Positions 40,254-49,341 of a stretch of DNA of 64,000 bases are shown here, piece after piece (positions within the stretch are counted from its first letter, which is position 1; each line of letters begins with the position of its first letter). This DNA comes from an uncultured Gammaproteobacteria bacterium (GTDB lineage Bacteria > Pseudomonadota > Gammaproteobacteria > Steroidobacterales > Rariloculaceae): assembly GCA_963782445.1 (NCBI GenBank), contig CAWAJM010000001.1, forward strand, positions 926,224 through 990,223, in the 5' to 3' direction. The notes beneath the pieces are model-generated. The model did not search any database, was not told where the DNA came from, and worked only from the letters and a program-made list of their open reading frames with translations. The position numbers were made by a program, and so were the translations under genes.

Positions 40254-41019
40254 ACGAATACAAAGACTTACGTGAAACATCGGGGGTCTCGGAGCCCGGA
40301 TTCCCAAAACCTCCCGCCTGATTTGGGGACTGGTTCCCCCGTAGCCGCTGTAACCGGCGATCTCGGGAAGCCCTTTCCCACACATCCTCCCCACGATCCG
40401 ATCCGCCCAGTTGGCGTCTGTCATCAGGGACACTAGGGACGGTTCAATCGACGGGACGCGATGTCGAACTGAGTGCTTCCACGGCACCGGGCCCCCGCCA
40501 TTCGACAAACGCAACGAAGAGGGTGCGGGAAGGATGCCCGGTGCCACTACGTTTGCAGTTGATTGCATCGTTAGTGGTGCAACTAATTGCATTTTAGACC
40601 CGCGTACGAGACCATTTTACTTCTAGCGGGGCATTCAGGTATGCTCTTCACCGGTCCCCAGCAGCGGCACCATTGCCAAGCCTTAGTGCCCAGTCGTGGC
40701 ACGATATGTGGCCAGATCAGGGCCACAAGATCCCGAACTGAGTTTGTTGTTCTTCAGCTCCGGTTACCGGGCTCCAGAAATTGGAAAGCCCGGAGGTTTG
40801 CCGACCTGCCGGGCTGAATGCTGAAAGCGCTCATATTGTTGTAGCCCGACCCGGGTAACCATACCACCGCTGAAATCGAATCCGGGACGCTGAAATCGCG
40901 TAGTCCCGGCGCGGCGTGTGTGCCGTGCGAGCGGTCCGGGGAGCTACGACATCGCGGGCAGGGGTCGCACCGTCTGTAACGTCCCCGGCAGCCGAGCGTT
41001 GTGCGACGAGGCGGAGCCC

Positions 41020-41406
41020 TCAGATGCCGCGAGGAAGGACATGACGGTTTACCGCGACGTAGTCCTCGAAGTCGCCGGTCGTAACGGAGCTCGAATACAT
41101 CGAGCCCAGGTAGAGCGTCTTGGAATCCGGGAACACGACGATGAGCCCGCCGGCGCCCTTGGCGAACGCGCCCTCGAGCGTTTGCGGCACATGGATTTCC
41201 TTCGACCACAGCATCACGGGCGCACTCCGGTCCACGGCGTTGCCTTCGAGATTGCCCTCGAGCGAGCGCCCGTGAATCTTAACGTGTTCGACCTTGACGG
41301 GCTTTGCGCCGGCCACGACGTCGGAAACCGCCGTTTTGACCTGGCCGAAGACGCCACCGGCGACGAGGGGACAAGCGGCGGCGAGGACGAGAGCAAGCTT
41401 CGACAT
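41020..41406 (-). pseudogene. Remnant of a secreted 'putative esterase' (esterase D-like alpha/beta hydrolase): internally deleted and C-terminally truncated
   Basis: The 128-aa ORF MSKLALVLAAACPL... keeps family blocks SLEGNLEGNAVDR and GSMYSSSVTTGDFEDY. It lacks the YPVxYLLHG block between them and the catalytic GxSxG region. Confidence 0.45.
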
Positions 41407-41420
41407 GGCGCCTGCTTCGA

Positions 41421-42359
41421 CTATTCGGCCCAACGCAGGACCAGCGGATCGAGTGTTCTGGCGATATTGAGCAGTCCCGCGCGCTGGCGCGGGTGAACGG
41501 GCTGCACGGGCAGCCTGACCGCATCGGAGCGGATCACGCCGCCTTCCTTCATGAGGACCTTCGCCGTCGCGAAACCGCACTGCCGGTTCTCGTAGTTGAT
41601 GAGCGGCAGCCAGCGTGCGTAGGCGGCCGCGGCCTCCTCGCGGCGGCCGGCCGCGAATGCATCGTAGATCTCGCGGATGCCGTCGGGATAACCGCCGCCC
41701 GTCATCGTGCCGGTGGCGCCCGCCTCGAGATCGGCCATGAGCGTGATGCCTTCCTCGCCGTCCCACGGGCCCTCGATCCGATCGCCGCCCAGCGCGATCA
41801 CCGCGGCCAACTTGTTCGCCACGGGCGGCACCTCGAGCTTGACGTAGCGCACGTTCGCGGTCTCGCGGGCGATACGCGCGAGCAATTCGGCCGACAACGG
41901 CGTGCCTGCGACCGGTGCGTCCTGAATCATGATCGGGATGGACACCGCGGCCGACACGTCGGCGAAGAAATCCGCAATGGCGGGCTCGGGCACTCGCAGC
42001 GTCGCGCCGTGATACGGCGGCATGATCATGACGAGCGCCGCGCCCGCGGCCTGTGCCCGCCGGCAGCGCTCGGCGCATACGCGCGTGCTGAAGTGCGTCG
42101 TCGTCACGATGATCGGCACGCGGCCCGCGACGTGGTCGAGCACGAGGTGCATGACGCGTTCGCGCTCGTCGTCGGTCAACGAAAACTGCTCCGAGAAGTT
42201 CGCGAGGATGCAGATGCCGTGCGATCCGGCGTCGATCATGAAGTCGATACAGCGGCGCTGCCCATCGGGATCGAGCGCCCCTTCGGCGTCGAAGATGGTC
42301 GGGGCGACAGGGAAGACGCCGCGGTACGGACGCGTGCGTTCCGGGTCCGAATCCGCCAT
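41421..42359 (-). CDS. DHDPS/NAL-family L-2-keto-3-deoxyarabinonate dehydratase (Azospirillum AraD-like)
   Basis: 312 aa. By my recollection, long stretches match A. brasilense AraD: GVFPVAPT, DFMIDAGSHGICILANFSEQF, GRVPIIVTTTH, MPPYHGAT, IPIMIQDAP, GPWDGEE, LDPLVLRWA. Confidence 0.8.
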   Translation of the reverse strand: MADSDPERTRPYRGVFPVAPTIFDAEGALDPDGQRRCIDFMIDAGSHGICILANFSEQFSLTDDERERVMHLVLDHVAGRVPIIVTTTHFSTRVCAERCRRAQAAGAALVMIMPPYHGATLRVPEPAIADFFADVSAAVSIPIMIQDAPVAGTPLSAELLARIARETANVRYVKLEVPPVANKLAAVIALGGDRIEGPWDGEEGITLMADLEAGATGTMTGGGYPDGIREIYDAFAAGRREEAAAAYARWLPLINYENRQCGFATAKVLMKEGGVIRSDAVRLPVQPVHPRQRAGLLNIARTLDPLVLRWAE

Positions 42360-42368
42360 GGTGCGCTC

Positions 42369-42650
42369 CTAATGGTTGTAACGGCCGACGGGCGCGCCGC
42401 TGCGCCCGGCCGGGAAATCGAAATCCACGCCCCGGTCCGCCAGCAGCACGTGCTCGATATAGAGCTTCGCATAGCCGCGCTCGGTGTGCAGCGCGGGCCG
42501 GCGCCATTCGGCAAAGCCGCGGGCGAGCTCGGCGTCGGTGACGTGCAGGTGGACGCCCCCACGCAACGGGCTCTTCGGCAGCGGCAGATTGCCCACTTCG
42601 TTTATGCCCGGATAACCCTTCGGGTCGCAGTTCGATTCGGAGGCGCTCAT
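42369..42650 (-). pseudogene. C-terminal remnant of an IlvD/Edd-family (AraC-like arabinonate) dehydratase
   Basis: The 93-aa ORF reads DPKGYPGINEVGNLPLPKSPLRGGV | HLHVTDAELARGFAEWRRP...ERGYAKLYIEHVLLADRGVDFDF. This corresponds to the last roughly 150 aa of the family with about 55 aa missing at the bar. The N-terminal roughly 430 aa are absent. Confidence 0.6.
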
Positions 42651-42927
42651 TACTCAGACAATATACGGCGGCGCCGGGCGATTCAATGGTCCCTGTCCTC
42701 GCTTCGACAGCACGCGCCGCCGCCGTCAATTCATCGAGCGCTGCGGCGTTCCTTGGAGCGCGCGATGCGTATGCGCGCAAACTTCTTTGCCCGGCCCATT
42801 ACCGAAAACATCCAGAATTTCTGCGGCTTGTGATCATGAACCTCGCCGTGCACGAGCGCAAAAGCCGGTGTTGCGGGCACTTGGCCTACAATCGATTCCG
42901 GTCGTGAAAAGGGGGGCGTGGCGAACG

Positions 42928-43827
42928 ATGAACCGAAGCGCAAACGACGCCGATGCGCAGCCATCGATGCGGAGCGGGACCCGTTGCGTGTGCGACGCGC
43001 GGGCGCTGCTCGGCGAGGGGCCGTTGTGGGTGGCTCGAGAGAACGCCGTCTATTGGGTGGACATCAAGGGCAGGGCGCTGCACCGCCTGCTTCTCGATAC
43101 CGGTGTCCATACGAGCTGGGCGATGCCGGAGATGCTCGGCTGGATCGTCGCGCGGCGCGAGCGGCCCGGGTTCATCGCGGGGTTCGAGAGCGGCTTCGCG
43201 CACTTGTTCCTCGACCCGGTGCGCATCGAGCCGATCTGCGCGCCGGAGGCTCACCTGCCAGCGAGCCGGATGAACGACGCGGCCGTCGATCGGGCCGGCC
43301 GCATCTGGGCGGGCACTATGGACGACGCGGAGACGGAAGCTACGGGATGCCTGTACCGGCTCGATACCGAAGGGAGCTGCACGCGGCACGACACGGGTTA
43401 CGTCGTCAGCAACGGTCCGACGTTCGGCCCGGACCACGACGTGCTGTATCACACGGACACGACGCGGCGCACGATTTATCGGTTTGCGCTCGCTCCGGAC
43501 GGCAGCCTCGGCAAGCGGGAACCGTTCGTCGTTTTCCCGCAGGAGTGGGGGTGGCCGGACGGCATGGCGACGGACGCCGACGGCGGCATTTGGGTCGCGC
43601 ATTGGGGCGGCGCTCGGCTCAGCCGCTTCCTACCCGACGGCCGGCTCGATCGCGTGATTACGATGCCCGTTTCACAGGTCACGAGCTGTTGCTTTGCCGG
43701 CCCGGGCTTGGAGCGAATGTTCGTGACGACGGCAGCGATCGAACGCGAGAGCGAACCCCTGGCTGGCTGCCTTTTCGAGGTCGAGCCCGGCGTTCGCGGT
43801 GCGCCCACTTACGCCTACGGGGGCTAG
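42928..43827 (+). CDS. SMP-30/gluconolactonase/LRE-family lactonase (candidate pentono-1,4-lactonase)
   Basis: Motifs GEGPLW, NDAAVDRAGRIWAGTM and WPDGMATDADGGIWVAHWGG are present. An alternative start lies at MRSG (42967). Confidence 0.8.
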   Translation: MNRSANDADAQPSMRSGTRCVCDARALLGEGPLWVARENAVYWVDIKGRALHRLLLDTGVHTSWAMPEMLGWIVARRERPGFIAGFESGFAHLFLDPVRIEPICAPEAHLPASRMNDAAVDRAGRIWAGTMDDAETEATGCLYRLDTEGSCTRHDTGYVVSNGPTFGPDHDVLYHTDTTRRTIYRFALAPDGSLGKREPFVVFPQEWGWPDGMATDADGGIWVAHWGGARLSRFLPDGRLDRVITMPVSQVTSCCFAGPGLERMFVTTAAIERESEPLAGCLFEVEPGVRGAPTYAYGG

Positions 43828-43908
43828 CAGGCCAGGTTAGACGCCATCGCGGATCACTGGAAAGATGTGCCCAGCCCTGACGAGGGCGGGTAGCGGGCGC
43901 TCTCGGGC

Positions 43909-45306
43909 CTATTGGGCGGAGGCGGACTCGATGGCCGCCGCAACACCGAAGTGCTTGCAGGTCGCAGCGATGAGGCCGCCGGCGATCATCATAGCGCCCC
44001 CGAGGATGGCGATCCCCGCGGAGGGATTGCCGAATACATCGGTCAAGGAACCCAGCAGATAGGGGCCGAAGAAGCCGCCGAGATTGCCGATAGAGTTGAT
44101 GATGGCCAAGCCCGCCGCCACGCCCAAACCCATGAGAACCGATCCTGGAAAACTCCAGAATAGGGCCGAGGAGACGAGGCCGCCCGCGCTCGCGAGCGTG
44201 ATGAATGTGACGGTCACCAACGTGCTGCCGGGCAAGACCGCGCTGAGCGCAAGGCTTGCGCCGCCGATGACGGCGGCAGCCGTCGCGTGCCAACGTTTCT
44301 CGTTTCGGCGCTCCGCGTGGCGGGTGCCGAGCAGCGCGATGATCGCCGCGACGAGATAGGACGCCGCCGTGATGAGGCCGATGTTGAACACGGACTTCAC
44401 GCCGCTGTTCTCGATGATCGTAGGAAGCCAGAAGTTGATGCCGTACACGCCCATTACGATCAGCAGAAAAATGCCGGTGAACAGCCATAGCTCCCGTACT
44501 GCCAGAAGAGCACGCAGCGGAAAATCGCGTTTGGTCTTCGCATCTTGCTCGAGACGCTCGTTCAACAACGTCTTCTCGTGAGCCGCAAGCCAGGGCGCGT
44601 CGTCGATCTTGTCCTTGAGATAGAACATGATCGATACGCTGAACAGCAGCGCCGGGGCCGCTTCGATCAGGTAGAGCCATTGCCAGTCGTAAAGGCCGCC
44701 CAGTCCGTTGAACCTATCCATGATACCGCCGGAGATAGGCCCGCCCACGACGTAGGACAGGGGCTGTGCGGTCAGCAGCAGGGCGACGGCGCGGCTCTGC
44801 CTGTGCGCCGGGTACCAGTAATTCAGATATAGAATCACGCCGGGGTAGAATCCGGCTTCGGCGGCCCCGAGCAGAAATCGCAGGCCGTAGAACACCTTGT
44901 CGACGCCGAGCCCGGTCATGTGGGCGAAGGGTTCGGTGAATGCCATGGCCCCCGATATGATGCCCCAGGTCACCATGATGCGGGCCATCCAGGTGCGCGC
45001 ACCGACGCGGTGCAGGATCAGGTTGCTCGGCACTTCGAAGAGGAAATAGCCGATGAAAAACACGCCGGCGCCGAAGCCATAGGCCGTTTCCGAAAGGTTC
45101 AGATCGGAAAGCATGTGCAGCTTCGCGAAGCCGACGTTCACGCGGTCCAGATAGGCGACGAGGTAGCAGGCGCCGAGAAACGGCAGAAGACGCCAGGTAA
45201 CCTTCTCGTAGAGGCGCTCTTCGGTCTCTAACTTGTCGTTCGCATCCGCGTAAGCAACGTGATCGCTGTGAACGTCTCTAACCTTCGTAACGCTCTGTTC
45301 CGTCAC
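43909..45306 (-). CDS. MFS transporter, anion:cation symporter (ACS; sugar-acid/galactonate permease-like) family
   Basis: A GTG start gives (M)TEQSV. Motifs YLDRVNVGFAK and GFYPGVILYLNYWY are typical of ACS-family MFS. The 580-aa track ORF is an over-extension. Confidence 0.7.
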   Translation of the reverse strand: MTEQSVTKVRDVHSDHVAYADANDKLETEERLYEKVTWRLLPFLGACYLVAYLDRVNVGFAKLHMLSDLNLSETAYGFGAGVFFIGYFLFEVPSNLILHRVGARTWMARIMVTWGIISGAMAFTEPFAHMTGLGVDKVFYGLRFLLGAAEAGFYPGVILYLNYWYPAHRQSRAVALLLTAQPLSYVVGGPISGGIMDRFNGLGGLYDWQWLYLIEAAPALLFSVSIMFYLKDKIDDAPWLAAHEKTLLNERLEQDAKTKRDFPLRALLAVRELWLFTGIFLLIVMGVYGINFWLPTIIENSGVKSVFNIGLITAASYLVAAIIALLGTRHAERRNEKRWHATAAAVIGGASLALSAVLPGSTLVTVTFITLASAGGLVSSALFWSFPGSVLMGLGVAAGLAIINSIGNLGGFFGPYLLGSLTDVFGNPSAGIAILGGAMMIAGGLIAATCKHFGVAAAIESASAQ

Positions 45307-45397
45307 CGCGCAGCCTTTTCTGTTAATCGTTCTTATGGAGCCGTGGCGATCGAGACGATCGCGCGCGGAGAACGCGTGGCGTTCGCACGGTCCTGAC

Positions 45398-46948
45398 TCA
45401 TCGGCCGCTGTCTCGAAGAATGTCAGGCAGCAGAGCCTGAGGCACATCCTGATAACAGACCGGCCGCAGGAACCGGTCGATCGCCAGCGTGCCGACGGAT
45501 GTGCTGCGGCCGTCCGAAGTCGCGGGGAATGGACCACCGTGGACCATGGCGTGGGCCACTTCGACCCCGGTGGGCCAGCCATTGGCCAGGATGCGTCCCG
45601 CGCGTCGCTCCAGGAGCGGCAGGAGTCTTTTCGCCAGCTGCAGGTCGCCATCCTCCATGTGCAGCGTGGCCGTCAACTGGCCTTCCAAAGCCTCGAGGAT
45701 CGCGCAAAGTTCGTCTTTGTCTTCACACCGGATGATCAGCGCGCTGGGCCCGAAGACTTCATGGGTGAGCGAGGGATCGCTGAGAATTTCAGCGGCCTTC
45801 ACAGCGAACAGATAGGTCTCGGCTGAATTGGGCGCGGTGCCGGCCGGTCCGTGGGCCAGAAGCTCTGCCTTTGTCTCACGCCGCAAGCGGTCCACCCCGC
45901 TTTTGTAGGCCGCGTGTATGCCGCTCGTGAGCATCGTGCTGGCGGGCCTCGAGCTCAGCCCCTCGCAGGCGGCAGCTATGAAACGGTTCAGCTCAGCGCC
46001 CTCGAGGGCAATCACGAGACCCGGATTGGTGCAGAACTGCCCGACGCCCATCGTGAGCGAATTGAGGAAACCGTCGGCGATGGCCTCGGCCCGGGCCGTG
46101 AGCGCTCCCGGCAGCAGCACGATCGGATTGACGCTGCTCATTTCGGCATAGACGGGGATAGGCTCGTCACGTCGGGCTGCGATTTCCATCAATGCGAGGC
46201 CGCCCTTGCGCGACCCCGTGAAGCCTACCGCCTTGATGTGCGGATCGGCCACGAGCGTCGCACCCAGTTCGTTGGAGGGACCGGCCAACATCGAAAACAC
46301 GCCTTCCGGTAATTTGCAGGCCTTCACAGCCGCCACGAGCGCGCCCGCCACCATCTCGCTGGTACCGGGATGCGCCGGATGCGCCTTCGCAACCACGGGA
46401 CAACCCGCCGCCAACGCGGCTGCCGTGTCCCCGCCGGCGACGGAAAAGGCCAGCGGGAAGTTGCTCGCGCCGAAGACCGCCACGGGCCCCAGAGGAATCT
46501 TTCTCAGCCTCAGATCCGGCCTCGGTATGGGCTTGCGATCCGGGAGCGCGGGATCGATGCGGACGCCTTGCCAGCGATCGTCGCGCACTTCCTCCGCGAA
46601 CAACCGAAGCTGGTTGCAGGTCCGCGCAAGCTCGCCGCTGAGCCGCGCCTGAGGCAAACCGGTCTCGGCTTCCGCGCGTTCGGTCAGCAAGGTGCCGAGC
46701 CCGGCAATCTTGTCTGCCGCAGTCTCGAGAAAGGCGGCGCGGGTTTCAGGATCGGTGGCGCTGTAGGGGCCGAACGCTGCCGCCGCGAATTCGCACGCTC
46801 GACGGACGTCCGCCGGCCCCGACACGCTGAAGGCCGGCGTCAGTGCCTTGTCCCGCTTTGGATCGACGGCGTGAAAGGTCTCGTTCGACCTGACGCGGCG
46901 GGAACCGATAAAGAACTCGCCCGTTAGGGCGAGCTTATTCTCCGGCAT
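45398..46948 (-). CDS. Alpha-ketoglutaric semialdehyde (2,5-dioxovalerate) dehydrogenase, long (~520 aa) ALDH subtype
   Basis: Start is MPENKLALTGEFFIG. Family blocks include VFGASNFPLAFSVAGGDTAAALAAGCPVVAKAHPAHPGTSE, FTGSRKGG and GVGQFCTNPG. Confidence 0.8.
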   Translation of the reverse strand: MPENKLALTGEFFIGSRRVRSNETFHAVDPKRDKALTPAFSVSGPADVRRACEFAAAAFGPYSATDPETRAAFLETAADKIAGLGTLLTERAEAETGLPQARLSGELARTCNQLRLFAEEVRDDRWQGVRIDPALPDRKPIPRPDLRLRKIPLGPVAVFGASNFPLAFSVAGGDTAAALAAGCPVVAKAHPAHPGTSEMVAGALVAAVKACKLPEGVFSMLAGPSNELGATLVADPHIKAVGFTGSRKGGLALMEIAARRDEPIPVYAEMSSVNPIVLLPGALTARAEAIADGFLNSLTMGVGQFCTNPGLVIALEGAELNRFIAAACEGLSSRPASTMLTSGIHAAYKSGVDRLRRETKAELLAHGPAGTAPNSAETYLFAVKAAEILSDPSLTHEVFGPSALIIRCEDKDELCAILEALEGQLTATLHMEDGDLQLAKRLLPLLERRAGRILANGWPTGVEVAHAMVHGGPFPATSDGRSTSVGTLAIDRFLRPVCYQDVPQALLPDILRDSGR

Positions 46949-47233
46949 GAAGGCGGCTCTCCGGATTGAGACGTGTCGAAGGGCTAAAGCCCGCACCGTA
47001 GCCAATTACTCCTACATAAAAGCACCGACGCGTCGTCCGATCAAGACTCGTATCCCCGGAAGCCGTCTCTACCAAAGAGGCGATTTGATTGCAAGCGTGC
47101 TGCCATGCCCTCGCTTCCGGTCCGAGCCTTGGCTAGAAGTCTGTTGTATGAGTTAATTGGAGGGGCGAGCGTCGCCGTGTTGCCCGCTAGTCAAGTGGGC
47201 CTTCATGCCAGCGCCGCTCTCAGGGGGGATCGC

Positions 47234-48556
47234 ATGGTCATAAGCGGCGAAACCAATCCGCCGGGGGCGCTCGCTCGCGGGCACGGGAACATTCGCTACG
47301 GTCTCGCGCTCAGCATTCTGGCGACCGTGTTCTTCATGTGGGGATTCGCCACGGTGCTGAACGACATTCTCGTTCCGCATCTGAAGGCCGTGTTCGAACT
47401 GAACTACGCGAAGTCTCTGCTCATTCAGTTTGTGTTCTATCTCGCCTACCTGCTGATGTCCCTGCCGTCGGCGAAGCTTCTGGAACGCATCGGCTACAAG
47501 CCCTCGATCATCGTGGGGCTCATGGGCATGGCGCTCGGTGCGTTCATGTTCGTGCCGGCTGCCGTATTCGTGTCCTACGGCACCTTCCTCGCCGCGCTCT
47601 TCGTGCTCGGGACCGCAATCGCGCTTCTACAGGTTGCGGCAAATCCTTATGTCGCCGTGATCGGTCCGCCGGAGACGGCATCGAGCCGGCTCAATCTCGT
47701 GCAGGCGCTGAATTCCGCCGGCACCATGGTCGCGCCCGTCTTCGGCGGCCTGTTGATCCTGGGCCGCAGCGCATCCGGCACTGCGAGCGACGAGGCCTCG
47801 GCAGGCCTGAGCCTGGCCCAACGCATCGCCGATGCCCAAGCCGTGCGCTTGCCCTATGTTCTGATTGCCGTAGTCCTGATCGTGCTGGCCCTGATCGTCT
47901 GGCGCACGAAGCTGCCGGCACTGGGCGAGGCGACCCGGCGCGCCGCCCGTGAGGAACGCAAGAAGCATTCTCTCTGGCGCCACCGCAATCTCGTCCTCGG
48001 CGTTCCTGCGATCTTCATCTATCTGATCGCGGAGATTGGCGTCGGCTCCACGCTTGTCAACTTTATTTCGCTGCCCCAAATCGGCGCGATGACTCATGAA
48101 CGCGCGGCGGACTATCTGGTGCTATTCTGGGGCGGTGCGATGGTGGGCCGTTTTCTCGGCGCCGGCATCATGCGTTTCGTGAGCGGCGAGCGTTTGCTGG
48201 CTTTGGTCAGCATTTGCGCACTGGTGTTGAGCGTCACCGGCGTGATGACGGACGGGCACGTCGCGATGTGGTGCCTGATCTCGCTCGGCCTATTCCACTC
48301 GATCATGTTCCCGACCATCTTCACGCTCGGCATCCGGGGCCTCGGCCCGCTGACCGAAGAAGGTTCGGGCCTGCTGATCATGGCGATCGCCGGCGGCGCG
48401 CTCTCGGCGCTGCAGGGCGTGATCGCGGATCATTTCGGGCTGCAGTTCTCCTATTTGCTGCCGGCCGCATGCTACGTTTATGTATTGTTCTACGCGGTTT
48501 GGGGCTGCCGTCCGACGGAGGTTTTGCCGGCGGAGCAGCTCGCCGAGGCCGAGTGA
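47234..48556 (+). CDS. FucP/glucose-galactose-type MFS sugar:H+ symporter
   Basis: The block FFMWGFATVLNDILVPHLKAVFELNY is characteristic of the L-fucose permease family. Start is set at MVISGE. Confidence 0.8.
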   Translation: MVISGETNPPGALARGHGNIRYGLALSILATVFFMWGFATVLNDILVPHLKAVFELNYAKSLLIQFVFYLAYLLMSLPSAKLLERIGYKPSIIVGLMGMALGAFMFVPAAVFVSYGTFLAALFVLGTAIALLQVAANPYVAVIGPPETASSRLNLVQALNSAGTMVAPVFGGLLILGRSASGTASDEASAGLSLAQRIADAQAVRLPYVLIAVVLIVLALIVWRTKLPALGEATRRAAREERKKHSLWRHRNLVLGVPAIFIYLIAEIGVGSTLVNFISLPQIGAMTHERAADYLVLFWGGAMVGRFLGAGIMRFVSGERLLALVSICALVLSVTGVMTDGHVAMWCLISLGLFHSIMFPTIFTLGIRGLGPLTEEGSGLLIMAIAGGALSALQGVIADHFGLQFSYLLPAACYVYVLFYAVWGCRPTEVLPAEQLAEAE

Positions 48557-49306
48557 TCAGCGGGCCTTCTTGATCTTCTTCACTTTCTTCGGCGAGCTCC
48601 GCGCGTTCATCGTGTCGGCAAGGGCCAGATCCACCAGATTGGACGTTGCCGCATAGGCCGCATTGGCGTTCGAAGCCGCGATGGCGTCGAACACCTTGCG
48701 GTGGTCCGGAACCGGATCGCGCGGCAGCGGGCTTTCCCGCTGCTTGAAGATCGTCGTCCAGGATATCGCCGCGCCTACGCCGCTCGTTAGCGAGACGAGA
48801 AATACATTGCCCGTAGCGCGCAGGATTGCCGCGTGAAAGGCGAGATCGGCATCGCGGCCCGAAGGCGTGGCAAGCGTATCGGACGCCATCGTCGCCAGGG
48901 CGTCCTCCATCTCGGCCAGATCCTTGTCGGTGCGGCGTTGGGCGGCGAGCGCGGCGGCCTCCGGTTCGATCATGCGGCGGAGCTCGAACAGATTATTGAG
49001 GAAGGCCTCATCCGGCTCGAACTCGAACACCCATGACAGCACGTCCGGGTCGAGCAAATGCCAGGTCGACTGCGGGCTTACCTTTGTTCCGACCTTGGGC
49101 CGCGAGACGACGAGTCCCTTGGCGGCCAGAATGCGGACGGCCTCGCGATAGACGGTGCGAGAGACATGGAGGGTCTCGCTCGCGGAGATTTCCCCCTCGA
49201 GCAACTGCCCGGGCTCGTATTTGCCGGAGATGATCTTGACGCCGATATTCCTGGCTATTTCGCCGTGCAGACGAAGCCGCTTCTTGGTATTGGAGTTGCG
49301 CGGCAT
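48557..49306 (-). CDS. GntR/FadR-family transcriptional regulator (FCD ligand domain)
   Basis: The N-terminal wHTH reads SETLHVSRTVYREAVRILAAKGLVVSRPKVGT. The C-terminal all-helical FCD-like domain contains DLAFHAAIL. Confidence 0.88.
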   Translation of the reverse strand: MPRNSNTKKRLRLHGEIARNIGVKIISGKYEPGQLLEGEISASETLHVSRTVYREAVRILAAKGLVVSRPKVGTKVSPQSTWHLLDPDVLSWVFEFEPDEAFLNNLFELRRMIEPEAAALAAQRRTDKDLAEMEDALATMASDTLATPSGRDADLAFHAAILRATGNVFLVSLTSGVGAAISWTTIFKQRESPLPRDPVPDHRKVFDAIAASNANAAYAATSNLVDLALADTMNARSSPKKVKKIKKAR

Positions 49307-49341
49307 GGGATGCCTCCGTTCAGGACGGGCGACGCCGCGAG

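Noticed and set aside
40254-41019. Searched both tRNA-flanking regions for integrase, transposase or att-site duplicates
   Set aside because: No frame shows tyrosine-recombinase motifs, and I could not find a repeat of either tRNA 3' end in the window. Mobile-element status is therefore unproven.
41020-42780. 586-aa minus-strand ORF spanning the araD-like region
   Set aside because: It is in a different frame from the well-supported 312-aa DHDPS-family gene. Only its last 128 codons (the esterase remnant) are meaningful.
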